DNA from: Malacoraja senta
Taxonomy: Eukaryota
NCBI GenBank assembly: GCA_038087875.1
Contig: JAXLNO010000455.1
Span: 124,001-187,643 of the forward strand
Length of the DNA stretch: 63,643 nt
Direction of reading: 5' to 3'
The translations under genes and the position numbers were made by a program. Shown here one piece after another: positions 39,822 to 51,650 of this stretch; the stretch's first letter is position 1; each line of letters starts with the position of its first letter. The notes beneath the pieces were generated by a model. The model was not told the origin of the DNA. It saw only the letters and a list, made by a program, of their open reading frames with translations, and searched no databases.

Positions 39822-39944
39822 GTTGTGCATTTTTTGTCAGAAGTTTAGGTGTCCAATCCTCATCTGAGTCGCTGGATTCATAAACTTGGGTTTGATGCTT
39901 TCTGCTCCGATTTGTCATGAATTCTGGCTTTGGTACATTTAATC
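39822..39944 (-). CDS. PRDM9: PRDM9 KRAB-B/post-KRAB exon
   Basis: tttcacag|GA..CAA C|gtaatt, phase 1-1, open: GLNVPKPEFMTNRSRKHQTQVYESSDSDEDWTPKLLTKNAQ (cf. human GLRATRPAFMCHRRQ..DTEDSDEEWTPRQQ). Confidence 0.92.
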
Positions 39945-41098
39945 CTGTGAAAAATAAAACATGCTCATCATCTGTTATGGCCAACTTCAGGTATTTATCT
40001 TCATTGAACTTACCCGTGCAAAATATCTGTGGAAACATCACTTTGCCATATTATCGTTATTACTATTTCCTCCAGAGTATTCATGCTATTTTCAATTGAT
40101 CATGTCTACTTGACGAATACAGCAAACAACCTAAAAATTATTTTTCAGAATTAAAGAATAATCAACCAGCATGAAGAATATGACGGATGAGTATGTGTCT
40201 ATTTCCAGGTCAGAAATCGCAATGACCAATCTTTCAGTTTCACACATCTGTGTGGTAAGTGAAATAGATCAGAATCCTTCTTTCCATTCCTCCAGGTTTA
40301 AAGTAATGGCTCATTCTTGCTGCCTGTACTGGCAGTGACACTTTGTGCCATGGTTGAGTAAATGGATTGAATAATGAACAACCAGGACAATCCACCTCTT
40401 CATCAATGGGAACATTGACCTTTGTCCAATCTCTGATTTCAGGACTGTGACTAGTACAGCATTAAAAAGCATAACTGGGCCCCAATGTCTGTGGGTTTGT
40501 GTTGTCCATGGTCACCATCTTCTGAATGACATCAAGCTTTGGTATTGATTGTAAAGTTAGTCCAATTTGAGATCACTGATGGGAATTTTTGAATATTGGT
40601 GAGGAACCTTACCAGGAGGAAGTAGTCATCAGAAGCAAAACTGTACATATCCTGCTGCCAATAATCAGGGACTAATCACAAGTCTGCTGGGTGTGCTCAT
40701 TTCATCACGTGGCATTAAAAATAAGGCATTACAATGGAGCTGCTGCCGTTACAATGGACATGATGTTGCAGTGGAGCAGATATTGCAGGGGAGCAGATGC
40801 TGCAGTGGAGCAGGTTCCTGCATTGCAGCCCCTCCTGCTGTGGAGCAGCTTCTGCTGTGGAGCAGCCACTGCCGCAGTGGAGCTCTCGCTGCTGGTGCAG
40901 TGGAGCATCTCCTGTAGTGGAGCATCTCCTGCAGCTGCAGGGAAAGTCCAAGCCTCCACCATCTCCACAGGCAGAGTGTCCCAGATTGCAACCACCCTCC
41001 GGGTGAGTTTAATCTCATCCACGTCCGTTTTATTGTTCTGTTAGTATAGTCTGGTCTGCAGTTCCTTGTTCTATTATTATTATTGGCCAAATTAGAGA

Positions 41099-41849
41099 TG
41101 TCACAAAATGGAGGATCTTTGCATTTGCAAGGCCTGCTTGGCCTCTTTCTGTGAAAAGTTTCAAGCTGCAAGTCACAGCTTCAAAGAGTCTGGACCAGAG
41201 ATGGAAGTCAAGGATAAGGTGAGGTCCAGATGTCCATTTCTTTGTTAAAATGTTGATGACTTTGCAGAAGAGCTCAGAGGTGCATGGTCAGGATTGGTCA
41301 GATAAGGTGGAGTTGTAAATACTGTTAATTATGTTGCAGAGTGTTTGTTCTGTTATCTTGTGATTTGTTAAAGTGTGAAGCCTTGTTCAGATTGTTTGGG
41401 GAAATGTTTCTATACCTATGTAAACTATGTCAACGGAGTCCCTGCTAGAAATTTCTGTTGAAACAATGTAATGGGATACTTTGTGATTGGGTTAGGGAAC
41501 TGTCAATAACTGTATAATGTAATTGATATTTGTGATTGGTTTGTAGGGGCTGCCACCCCCATTTAGTTTCGCGCCACAAGGTCCGATGACCTATAAAAGA
41601 GTGAATCCAACATGGATCGGAGTCGATCTTCTGGAGGTTCAGTTGGGACTGTGTGACTGTCTGGAGGTGTCTGCTCGCACAAGGCTGAAGGGCTTGAATG
41701 AGTAGAGACGAGGATCGGACCCGCGGTGGTTAGGTATCGTATAGGAAGTTTGTGATTGTTGGGAAGAATAAAGAATAGTTGATCCAGTGCTTGACTCAGT
41801 GTTTTACTGAACTAGACTAAGGGGGGTAAGCTGTAGGAGCAGAATTACA
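41099..41849 (+). mobile_element. Solo LTR-like element (~750 bp)
   Basis: TG..CA ends, TATAAAA at ~41592, AATAAA at ~41767; absent from the paralogous copy at ~38785; no clean TSD. Confidence 0.7.
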
Positions 41850-44099
41850 GTCCCATCATCTTATTCTAAATGCTGACTCCAAATACTACGTTTCCTCATC
41901 TGTTCTTGCCCCATCAGAGATATTATCCCCTTTGTTCCACCAATCCACCACAACCCCTCTCTACAAGTGAAAAACAACTTGTTTTTGTTGCTGTTTCCTA
42001 CTCTGGTGAAGGATCTCTGATCTGAAACTGAACTGTTTCTTTCTCCACAAATGCTGTCGAACCTGCTGAATGTTTTTTGAATTTTCTTCCATTTTCATTT
42101 CAGATTTTCAGCATCTGCGGTTCTTTGCTTTACACGTTGATTTTGATGTTGTGACCTGCCAACAATGAATCAAAGGAGATCAGATACGTGGTGTCGTAAT
42201 CTACTGGGATTCAAGTAACTAGTAAGTGTTTCAATGGGAAGGTTCTGCCTACTCGGGATGGGACTCCATTTTAGTTTAGTTTAGAGATACAGCACGGAAA
42301 CAGGCCCTTCAGCCCACCGAGTCCACGCCGACCAGCGATCACCACACACTAACACTATCCTACACAGAAACAGAGACATGGCTGCAAGAGGGCCAGGGCT
42401 GGGAACTGAATATTCAAGGGTATATCTCCTATCGAAAAGACACAGGTGGGCAGAAGGGGTGGGGTAGCTCTGTTGGTGAGGAATGAAATTCAGTCCCTTG
42501 CAAGGGGGTGACATTGAAACAGGAGATGTGGAGTCAGTATGAATAGAACTAAGGAAGTGTAAGGGTAGAAAGACCCTAGTGGGACTTATCTACAGGCCCC
42601 CAAACAGTAGCCTGGACATAGGGTGCACGTTGAATCAGGAGTTAAAATTGTCATGTAGCAAAGGTAATGCTGTGGTTGTTATGGGAGATTTCAACATGCA
42701 AGTAGACTGGGAAAATCAGGTTGGTACTGGACCCCAAGAAAGGGACTTTGTAGAGTGCCTTTGTGATGGATTCTTAGAGCAGCTTGTATTGGAGCCTACC
42801 AGGGAGAAGATAATTCAGGATTTAGTGTTATGTAATGAACCTGATCTGATAAAGGAACTTGAGGTTAATGAGCCATTAGGAGGTAGTGACCATAATATGG
42901 TCAGGTTTAATCTACAGTTGGAGAGAGAGAAGGGTAGATCGGAGGTGTCGGTGTTACAGTGGAATAAAGGGGACTAGGGAGCCATGAGGAAGGAGCTGGC
43001 CAAAGTTCACTGGAAAGATACATTAACAGGGATGAGAGTGGAACACAAATGGCAGGTATTTCTAGGAATAATACAGAAGGTGCAGGATCAGTTCATTCCT
43101 AGGAGGAAGAAAGATTCCAAGGGGAGATAGGGGCGACCGTGGCTGACAAGGGACATCAGGGACAGTATAAAAATAAAAGAGAAGAAGTACAACGTAGCAA
43201 AGATGAGCGGGAAGCAAGATAATTGGGTAATGTTTAAAGAGCAACAGAAGATAACAAAAGACAATACGGGGAGAAAAGATGAGGTACAAAGGTAAGCTAG
43301 CCAAGAATATAAAGCAGGATAGTAAAAGCTTCTTTAGGTATATAAAGAGGATAAAATTAGTGAAGACCAAAGTTGGACCCTTGAAGACCGAAAAAGGTGA
43401 ATTTATTATGGGGAACAAGGAAATGGCAGATGAGTTGAACAGGTACTTTGGATCCGTCTTCACTAAGGAGGACACAAACAATCTTCCTGATATAGTAGTG
43501 GCCAGAGGATCTGGGGTGACAGAGGAACGGAAGTGGCAGTGTGAGCTGTGAAGAGGATGTTAGGAGGTTGCAGGGTGACCTGGACAGGTTGAGTGAGTGG
43601 GCAGATGCGTGGCAGATGCAGTATAATATAGATAAATGTGAGGTTATCCACTTTGGCGGCAAAAACAAGGGGGCAGATTATTATCTCAATGGGGTTAGGT
43701 TAGGTAAGGGGGAGGTGTCCTTGTACACTGGTCACTGAAAGATGGCTTACAGGTCCAGCAGGCTGTGAAGAAAGATAATGGAATGTTGGCCTTCATAACA
43801 AGAGGATGTCAGTATAGGATTAAAGAGGTTCTTCTGCAGTTGTATAGGGCTCTGGTGAGACCACATCTGGAGTATTGTGTACAGTTTTGGTCTCCTAATT
43901 TGAGGAAGGACATCATAGTGATTGAAGCAGTGCAGCGTAGGTTCACGAGATTGATCCCTGGGTCACGGTTGGGAGAGGCAAGGGGCACAGGCAGGGACTA
44001 GAGAGTACCCCGGTGGCTTTACACCTTGACAATAAGTACTCCTGTTTGAGCACTGTTGGGGTGGACAGCCTACCTGGGGGTAGCGACAGCGGCCGGGCC

Positions 44100-44647
44100 T
44101 CCGGTATGTTGCTCAGAAGGGTAAGGAAAAGAAGAGGAGGGCAATATTAATAGGGGACTCTATAGTTAGGGGGTCAGACAGGCGATTCTGTGGACGCAGT
44201 CGGGAGACGCGGATGGTAGTTTGCCTCCCTGGTGCCAGGGTCTGTGATGTGTCTCAACGTGTCCAAGACATCCTGAAAGGGCAGGGAGAGGAGCCCGAGG
44301 TCGTGATACATATAGGTACCAATGACATAGGTAAAAAAAGAGAAGAGGTCCTGAAAGGAGAATTTAGGGAGTTAGGAGGGGAGTTAAAGAGAAGGACAGC
44401 AAAGGTAACAATCTCGGGATTACTGCCTGTACCACGCGACAGTGAGAGTAGGAATGGAGCGAGGTGGAGGATAAATGCGTGGCTGAAGGACTGGTGCAGA
44501 AGGCAGGGATTCAAATTTCTGGATCATTGGGACTTCTTTTGTGGAAGGTTCGACCTGTACAAAAAGGATGGGTTGCACTTGAACCTGAGGGGGACCGATA
44601 TCCTGGCGGGGAGATCTGCAAAGGCTACAGGGGAGACTTTAAACTAG
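44100..44647 (+). CDS. CR1 ORF1 C-terminal SGNH esterase-like domain (5'-truncated)
   Basis: IGDSIVRG, VVCLPGARV, HIGTNDIG, DGLHLN motifs. Confidence 0.85.
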
Positions 44648-47600
44648 AATGGTTGGGGGGAGGGACTCAAATAGAGAATGCTATTAGACAGTGTGTGAGG
44701 CAGAAGGCAGAGAAGGAAAGCACTCAGACCCAACATGTAGGGGGGAAAGAAGAAAACAATAATAAACAGAGAATAAGAGGTGGTGGGGTTCTTAAATGGG
44801 TGAGCAGAGAAACAGAGGGGTGTAAAATGCGGGCGGAAGCAATAGGTAGCAAGGTGAAAGGTAAAAGTGGCAGGCAGACAAATCCAGGGCAAAAATCAAA
44901 AAGAGCCACTTTTCAACATAATTGTATAAGGGGTAAGAGCGTTGTAAAAACAAGCCTGAAGGCTTTGTGTCTCAATGCAAGGAGCATTCGTAATAAGGTG
45001 GATGAGTTGAACGTGCAGATAGCAATTAATGATTATGATATAGTTGGGATCACGGAGACATGGCTCCAAGGTGACCAAGGCTGGGAACTGAACATCCAGG
45101 GATATTCAATATTCAGGAGGGATAGAGAGAAAGGAAAAGGAGGTGGGGTAGCGTTGCTGGTTAGAGAGGAGATTAACGCAGTGGAAAGGAAGGACATTAG
45201 CTTGGAGGATGTGGAATCGGTATGGGTAGAGCTGCGAAACACTAAGGGGCAGAAAACGCTGGTGGGTGTTGTGTACAGGCCACCTAGCAGTAGTAGTGAA
45301 GTTGGGGATGGCATCAAACAGGAAATTAGAAATGCGTGCAACAAAGGCAAAACAGTTATAATGGGTGACTTCAATCTACATATAGATTGGGTGAATCAAA
45401 TTGGCAGGGGTGCTGAGGAAGAGGATTTCTTGGAATGTATGAGGGATAGTTATCTAAACCAACATGTAGAGGAACCAACGAGAGAGCAGGCTATTCTAGA
45501 CTGGGTATTGAGTAATGAGGAAGGGTTAGTTAGCAGACTTGTGCGTGCCCCCTTGGGCAAGAGTGATCATAATATGGTTGAGTTCTTCATTAGGATGGAG
45601 AGTGACATTGTTAATTCAGAAACAACGGTTCTGAACTTAAAGAAAGGTAACTTTGAGGGTATGAGACGTGAATTGGCCAAGATTGACTGGCAATTAGTTC
45701 TAAAAGGGTTGACGGTGGATATGCAATGGAAGGCATTTAAAGACTGCATGGATGAACTACAAAAATTGTTCATCCCAGTTTGGCAAAAGAATAAATCAAG
45801 GAAGGTAGTGCATCCGTGGATAACAAGGGAAATCAGGGATAGTATCAAAGCAAAAGATGATGCGTACAAATTAGCCAGAAAAAGCAGCATACCAGAGGAC
45901 TGGGAGAAATTCAGAGACCAGCAGAGGAGGACAAAGGGCTTAATTAGGAAAGGGAAAATAGATTATGAAAGGAAACTGGCAGGGAACATAAAAACTGACT
46001 GCAAAAGTTTTTATAGATATGTGAAGAGAAAGAGATTAGTTAAATCAAATGTAGGTCCCTTGCAGTCAGAAACAGGTGAATTGATCATGGGGAACAGGGA
46101 TATGGCAGACCAATTGAATAACTACTTTGGTTCCGTCTTCACTAAGGAAGACATAAATAATCTGCCGGAAATAGCAGGGGGCCGCGGGTCAAAGGAGATG
46201 GAGGAACTGAGTGAAATCCAGGTTAGTCGGGAAGTGGTGTTGGGTAAATTGAATGGATTAAAGGCCGATAAATCACCAGGGCCAGATAGGCTGCATCCCA
46301 GAGTACTTAAGGAAGTAGCTCCAGAAATAGTGGATGCATTAGTGATAATTTTTCAAAACTCTTTAGATTCAGGAGTAGTTCCTGAGGATTGGAGGGTAGC
46401 AAACGTAACCCCACTTTTTAAGAAGGGAGGGAGAGAGAAAACGGGGAATTACAGACCAGTTAGTCTAACATCGGTAGTGGGGAAACTGCTAGAGTCAGTT
46501 ATTAAAGATGGGATGGCAGCACATTTGGAAAGTGGTGAAATCATTGGACAAAGTCAGCATGGATTTACGAAAGGTAAATCGTGTCTGACGAATCTTATAG
46601 AATTTTTCGAGGATGTAACTAGTAGAGTGGATAGGGGAGAACCAGTGGATGTGTTGTATCTGGACTTTCAGAAGGCTTTCGACAAGGTACCACATAAGAG
46701 ATTAGGATACAAACTTAAATCACACGGTATTGGGGGTTCAGTATTGATGTGGATAGAGAACTGGCTGGCAAACAGGAAGCAAAGAGTAGGAGTAAACGGG
46801 TCCTTTTCACAATGGCAGGCAGTGACTAGTGGGGTACCGCAAGGCTCAGTGCTGGGACCCCAGCTATTTACAATTTATATTAATGATCTGGACGAGGGAA
46901 TTGAAAGCAACATCTCCAAGTTTGCGGATGACACTAAGCTGGGGGGCAGTGTTAGCTGTGAGGAGGATGCTAGGAGACTGCAAGGTGACTTGGATAGGCT
47001 GGGTGAGTGGGCAAATGTTTGGCAGATGCAGTATAATGTGGATAAATGTGAGGTTATCCACTTTGGTAGCAAAAACGGGAAGGCAGACTATTATCTAAAT
47101 GGTGGCCGATTAGGAAATGGGGAGATGCAGCGAGACCTGGGTGTCATGGTACACCAGTCATTGAAAGTAGGCATGCAGGTGCAGCAGGCAGTGAAGAAAG
47201 CGAATGGTATGTTGGCCTTCATAGCAAGAGGATTTGAGTATAGGAGCAGGGAGGTTCTACTGCAGTTGTACAGGGTCTTGGTGAGACCACACCTGGAGTA
47301 TTGCGTACAGTTTTGGGCTCCAAATCTGAGGAAGGACATTATAGCCATAGAGGGAGTGCAGAGAAGGTTCACCAGACTGATTCCTGGGATGTCAGGACTT
47401 TCATATGAAGAAAGACTGGATAGACTTGGCTTATACTCGCTAGAATTTAGGAGATTGAGAGGGGATCTTATAGAAACGTACAAAATTCTTATGGGGTTGG
47501 ACAGGCTAGATGCAGGAAGATTGTTCCCGATGTTGGGGAAGTCCAGTACAAGGGGTCACAGCTTAAGGATAAGGGGGAAATCCTTTAAGACCGAGATGAG

Positions 47601-47760
47601 GAAAAACGTTTTCACACAGAGAGTGGTGAATCTCTGGAACTCTCTGCCACAGAGGGTAGTTGAGGCCAGTTCATTGGCTATATTTAAGAGGGAATTAGAT
47701 GTGGCCCTTGTGGCAAAAGGGATCAGGGGGTATGGAGAGAAGGCAGGTACGGGATACTGA
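44464..47760 (+). CDS. CR1 ORF2, uninterrupted (APE endonuclease + reverse transcriptase)
   Basis: 1098-aa open frame with NARSIRNK, ITETW, GDFN, SDHN, KSPGPD, LDFQKAFD, GVPQGSVLGP, FADD. Confidence 0.97.
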   Translation: MEDKCVAEGLVQKAGIQISGSLGLLLWKVRPVQKGWVALEPEGDRYPGGEICKGYRGDFKLEWLGGGTQIENAIRQCVRQKAEKESTQTQHVGGKEENNNKQRIRGGGVLKWVSRETEGCKMRAEAIGSKVKGKSGRQTNPGQKSKRATFQHNCIRGKSVVKTSLKALCLNARSIRNKVDELNVQIAINDYDIVGITETWLQGDQGWELNIQGYSIFRRDREKGKGGGVALLVREEINAVERKDISLEDVESVWVELRNTKGQKTLVGVVYRPPSSSSEVGDGIKQEIRNACNKGKTVIMGDFNLHIDWVNQIGRGAEEEDFLECMRDSYLNQHVEEPTREQAILDWVLSNEEGLVSRLVRAPLGKSDHNMVEFFIRMESDIVNSETTVLNLKKGNFEGMRRELAKIDWQLVLKGLTVDMQWKAFKDCMDELQKLFIPVWQKNKSRKVVHPWITREIRDSIKAKDDAYKLARKSSIPEDWEKFRDQQRRTKGLIRKGKIDYERKLAGNIKTDCKSFYRYVKRKRLVKSNVGPLQSETGELIMGNRDMADQLNNYFGSVFTKEDINNLPEIAGGRGSKEMEELSEIQVSREVVLGKLNGLKADKSPGPDRLHPRVLKEVAPEIVDALVIIFQNSLDSGVVPEDWRVANVTPLFKKGGREKTGNYRPVSLTSVVGKLLESVIKDGMAAHLESGEIIGQSQHGFTKGKSCLTNLIEFFEDVTSRVDRGEPVDVLYLDFQKAFDKVPHKRLGYKLKSHGIGGSVLMWIENWLANRKQRVGVNGSFSQWQAVTSGVPQGSVLGPQLFTIYINDLDEGIESNISKFADDTKLGGSVSCEEDARRLQGDLDRLGEWANVWQMQYNVDKCEVIHFGSKNGKADYYLNGGRLGNGEMQRDLGVMVHQSLKVGMQVQQAVKKANGMLAFIARGFEYRSREVLLQLYRVLVRPHLEYCVQFWAPNLRKDIIAIEGVQRRFTRLIPGMSGLSYEERLDRLGLYSLEFRRLRGDLIETYKILMGLDRLDAGRLFPMLGKSSTRGHSLRIRGKSFKTEMRKNVFTQRVVNLWNSLPQRVVEASSLAIFKRELDVALVAKGIRGYGEKAGTGY

Positions 47761-49777
47761 GTTGGATGATCAGCCATGATCGTATTGAATGGCGGTGCAG
47801 GCTCGAAGGGCCGAATGGCCTACTCCTGCACCTATTTTCTATGTATCTATGTATCTATGGATGGCAGGACTGTCATATGAGGAAAGATTGAAAAGACTTG
47901 GATTGTATTCACTGGAGTTTAGAAGGATGAGGGGGATCTTATAGAAACATATAAAATTATAAAAGGACTGGACAACGTAGATGCAGAAAAAATGTTCCCA
48001 ATGTTGGGCGAGTCCAGAACCAGGGGCCACAATCTTAGAATAAAGGGGGGGTCATTTAAGACTGAGGTGAGAAAAAACGTTTTCACCCAGAGAGTTGTGA
48101 ATTTATGTAATTCCCTGCCACAGAGGGCAGTGGAGGCCAAGTCACTGGATGGATTTAAGAGAGAGTTAGATAGAGCTCTAGGGGCTAGTGGATTCAAGGG
48201 ATATGTGGAGAAGGCAGGCATGGGTTATTGATAGGGGACAATCAGTCATGATCACAATGAATGGCGGTGCTGGCTCGAAGGGCCGAATGGCCTCCTCCTG
48301 CATCTATTTTCTATGTTTCTATGAAGGAAATCCACATTAGGCAGGTAATGATGTTGGGTAGACTGATGGGATTGAAGGCTGATAAATCCCCATGGCCTGA
48401 TGGTCTGCATACCAGGGTACTTAAGGAAGTGACTCGAGAAATCGTGGATGCATTGGTGATAATTTTCCAATGTTCTATAGACTCAGGATCAGTTTCTGTG
48501 GATTGGAGGGTAGCTAATGTTATCCCACTTTTTAAGAAAGGCGGGAGGGAGAAAACAGGGAATTATAGACCAGTTAGCCTGACATCAGTTAACCTCATTC
48601 AAATGGTCAGAGGATGGGTTTTGCTATCTCGGCGTTTTTATCACAATACCCTTATCTGATATGTTCCGCACAAACTTTCTGCCTCTGGTTGAGTGTTACG
48701 ACTCCCCGAAAGCAGGCAATCCAGAGCCGCGTAACACAGTTCAAAAGCCAGGTTTAATTATTTAATAACACACCAAAACTCCAACCTGATTTAAACAACC
48801 CAGACAAGGATATGAATGAATTAACAAACAACTTAAAATTGCTCAGGCCAGCCACGCGATGGACCGTCGAACCCGAGGCTTTAAACCTGCCTAAAAGAAA
48901 GCTATCCCTGAAACAAAAGACCGATAACGTCTAAGGACAGCCCAATTCAATATTTGGTACTACGTAATGTGGAAATTACACGAAGTTCAGTGTCATGTGG
49001 CGCAGGCATTCACAGCTCACACCAGCACAACCTCACGAGGCAGGGTCGTCGTCGAAAAAGAGAGGATTCTGGGAACTCTTCTATTTATACTGGGGATGAG
49101 TCACCGTCACCTGACGCAGCTCAGCCAATCGGGTACAGGAGCCTCTTAACCCCTTGTTGTCCCCAAAGATACTAGAGGAGCAAGATAGACCACTCCTCCG
49201 AAATGCAATGGACTGACTTGTAGTACGCAATGGAACGTCACGGCCGCCATTTTCTAATGCAAAACGCGACTTCCGGTTTGCCTCCCGCTGCTTTGATCCA
49301 AAGATTATATAGCGGAGCGGAGCGCCTCTATCATCCTTGGTGTAACCAGTGTAATTAGTGTTGTAGGGAACAGTGTTTGATATAGCGCATCTATCACCTC
49401 ACATATTTTAGGTAATTTTATTGTAAATGTTTTCCCCGTTCCCCCATTTCCCTCCCATCTTTCCTCCCTAGCCGCCACCTTTGCGTAGTTTCCCATGCAT
49501 TGTATTGTGCAGCTTCCCTTGTATTGCTTTAACACACACTGTGCACAAAATTAAATGTAACTTATATATATATTTATATGAATGTGTGTTTGTGTGTGAG
49601 AGGCAAGTTAAGGGTCTGTCCCACCAGCATGCAATAGCATGCGTTCAGCGCGAACAAACGTGGTCGCTTGTTTTTTTCAATGTGCTATATAAATAAAAGT
49701 GACTTGATGACATATTTCTCTAGTTTCTTTCTTCAGATTTCCTCTAATTTGTTTAGCAACCTTTTTCCTTCAATCTC

Positions 49778-49809
49778 TGTGTGTATGTATATATATATTT
49801 GTGTGTGTG

Positions 49810-49851
<42 letters not shown>

Positions 49852-49995
49852 TATATATACACACACATATATATCACTATATATATATATATCACAATAT
49901 ATATTACAATAAGTGTGTATATACATATATATACACATACATATTAGTATGTATACACATATATATACAAACACACATATATATAAAATATATAT
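49778..49995. repeat. (AT)n/(AC)n microsatellite
   Basis: Direct inspection. Confidence 0.95.
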
Positions 49996-50519
49996 GAAAT
50001 CCTAATATTGTGAATAGAATATCCATGACATGAACACAATGTCGAAATATTTTTCCATTCTTTCATTCTATATTAGCGTAACACAATGTAGTGCATACAT
50101 CCCTACATATTTAAATTCAGTCGATAAGTTGGTCAAATAATATAGATAGATATAGATAGATAGATATGCCTTTATTGTCATTCAGACCGAAGTCTGGACG
50201 AAATTGCAGCAGTCATACATATAATACAATAAAAACAACAATAAACACATATTAACATCCACCACAGTGAGTCCACCCAGCATCTCCTCACTGTGATGGA
50301 GGCAAAAGTCTTAGGTCTGCAGTCTCTTCCCTCCTCTTCTCCCTCTGTGCTGAGGCGATACCCCCCGGGCGATGTTATAACAGTCCCGCGGCTCAAACAC
50401 CGCGGCCCGGGGTGGTCGAAGCTGCCGCCCACCAGTCCTGCAGACGTAGCCGCTGGCTCGCGGCCGAACCCCGGACTCAGGCCACCACCGCCAGAACACC
50501 GTCCCAGCCACCCTCTTCC

Positions 50520-50920
50520 CCGGGCCGGGCCGCCCCGACCTGGGCATCGCTTCTCCCTCTGGCCGGGCTGCCCCGACTTGGGCGTCGCTTCTCCCCCCGA
50601 CCGGGCCGCCCCAACTTGGGCGTCGCTTCTCCCTCCGACCGGGCCGCCCCGACTTGGGCGTCGCTTCTCCCCCCGACCGGGCCGCCCCAACTTGGGCGTC
50701 GCTTCTCCCCCCGATCGGGCCGCCCCAACTTGGGCGTCGCTTCTCCCTCCGACCGGGCCGCCCCGACTTGGGCGTCGCTTCTCCCTCCGGCCGGGCCGCC
50801 CCGACTTGGGCGTCGCTTCTCCCTCCGACCGGGCCGCCACAACTTGGGCGTCGCTTCTCCCTCCGACCGGGCCGCCCCGACTTGGGCGTCGCTTCTCCCT
50901 CCGGCCGGGCCGCCCCGATA
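50520..50920 (+). repeat. GC-rich 38-bp minisatellite (GGGCCGCCCCRACTTGGGCGTCGCTTCTCCCYCCGACC)n
   Basis: About 10 near-identical units with no spacers. Confidence 0.95.
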
Positions 50921-51196
50921 TGGGGACCTTCTTGCTTTTTTCGAGACATGGATTTTTAAAACTTGAATGTCTCATAACGATACATTTGTGGGTCAGCAGT
51001 ATTTTGCACCAACACCCACAATTTCAAATAATTCTAAATTGAACTTCATAAACAAGGAAAACACTTTTTATTTACATCATTTTGTGCGCGACATATACAG
51101 GGTTGCATTGTTTTGCATATCAGCTAATCAATAAAATTGATGTCAAATTCAACATATTTCAAACAAAGGACAACATTTCCAACTTATATACAATAA

Positions 51197-51650
51197 CTAG
51201 ACTAAGTTGGGTCCCAGCATCACACGGGAGGGCTGGTCACCCAATGCAATATTCCACCTCTCCACCAATTCCAATATTGCTGTCCAGTGGGGGGGGGGTT
51301 CTGTTGCGCTAGTATGGGTGTTGTGGGCCGAAGGGACCTGTTTCCAGAGGGCTAGTATGGACATTGTGGGTCGAATGGATTCTTGGGCTGGCAGCTCAGT
51401 CACTGAGGCCGGGCAGTACAGTCACTCAGACCTGGCAGGCTGGCAGCTGAGAAACTGCCAGAAATTCTGCCCAAAACAGGTGACAGACTCTGTGAGAGAA
51501 GGGGGAGAGTGTGGACTGAATGGATTATTGGCCTGGCAGTTCAGCCACTTACAGCTGGTGGGCTGGCAGTTCACTTACTCACGGCTCGTGGGTTGGCAGT
51601 TCTGTCACTGACGGCTGGTGGGCTGGCAGTGCAGTCACTGACGGCTGGAA
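51197..51650 (-). mobile_element. Helitron 3' fragment, same family as 4273-5133
   Basis: Reverse complement of the 4860-5133 segment, ending ACTTAGTCTAG. Confidence 0.8.

Larger units (their letters stand above)
31490..40323 (-). pseudogene. PRDM9: PRDM9 homologue, 5' half only (KRAB to SSXRD); partly duplicated and partly disabled
   Basis: Exons in PRDM9 order: 40323-~40268 (HYFKP/EEWKE, frameshifted KRAB-A), 39944-39822 (GLNVPKPEFM..SDSDEDWTPK), 32435-32365 (FRIFRPPFK), 32042-31849 (stops in all frames), 31627-31490 (KETEKISYNLRNKERIIYTEQRELRDDDYL). Confidence 0.88.
42370..48588 (+). mobile_element. Three-level nested CR1 cluster: oldest 42370-43528//48322-48588, middle 43529-43962//47859-48321, youngest 43963-47858
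   Basis: Split sequences rejoin (GAGGAAC|TGAAGGAAATCC and ATCCCTG|GGATGGCAGGAC); each inner element ends in a (CTATGT(A/T)T)n tail. Confidence 0.9.

Noticed and set aside
50178..51042. Several 100-265 aa ORFs and a CRISPR-like look
   Set aside because: Artefacts of a 38-bp GC-rich minisatellite; no unique spacers, no cas genes, eukaryotic context
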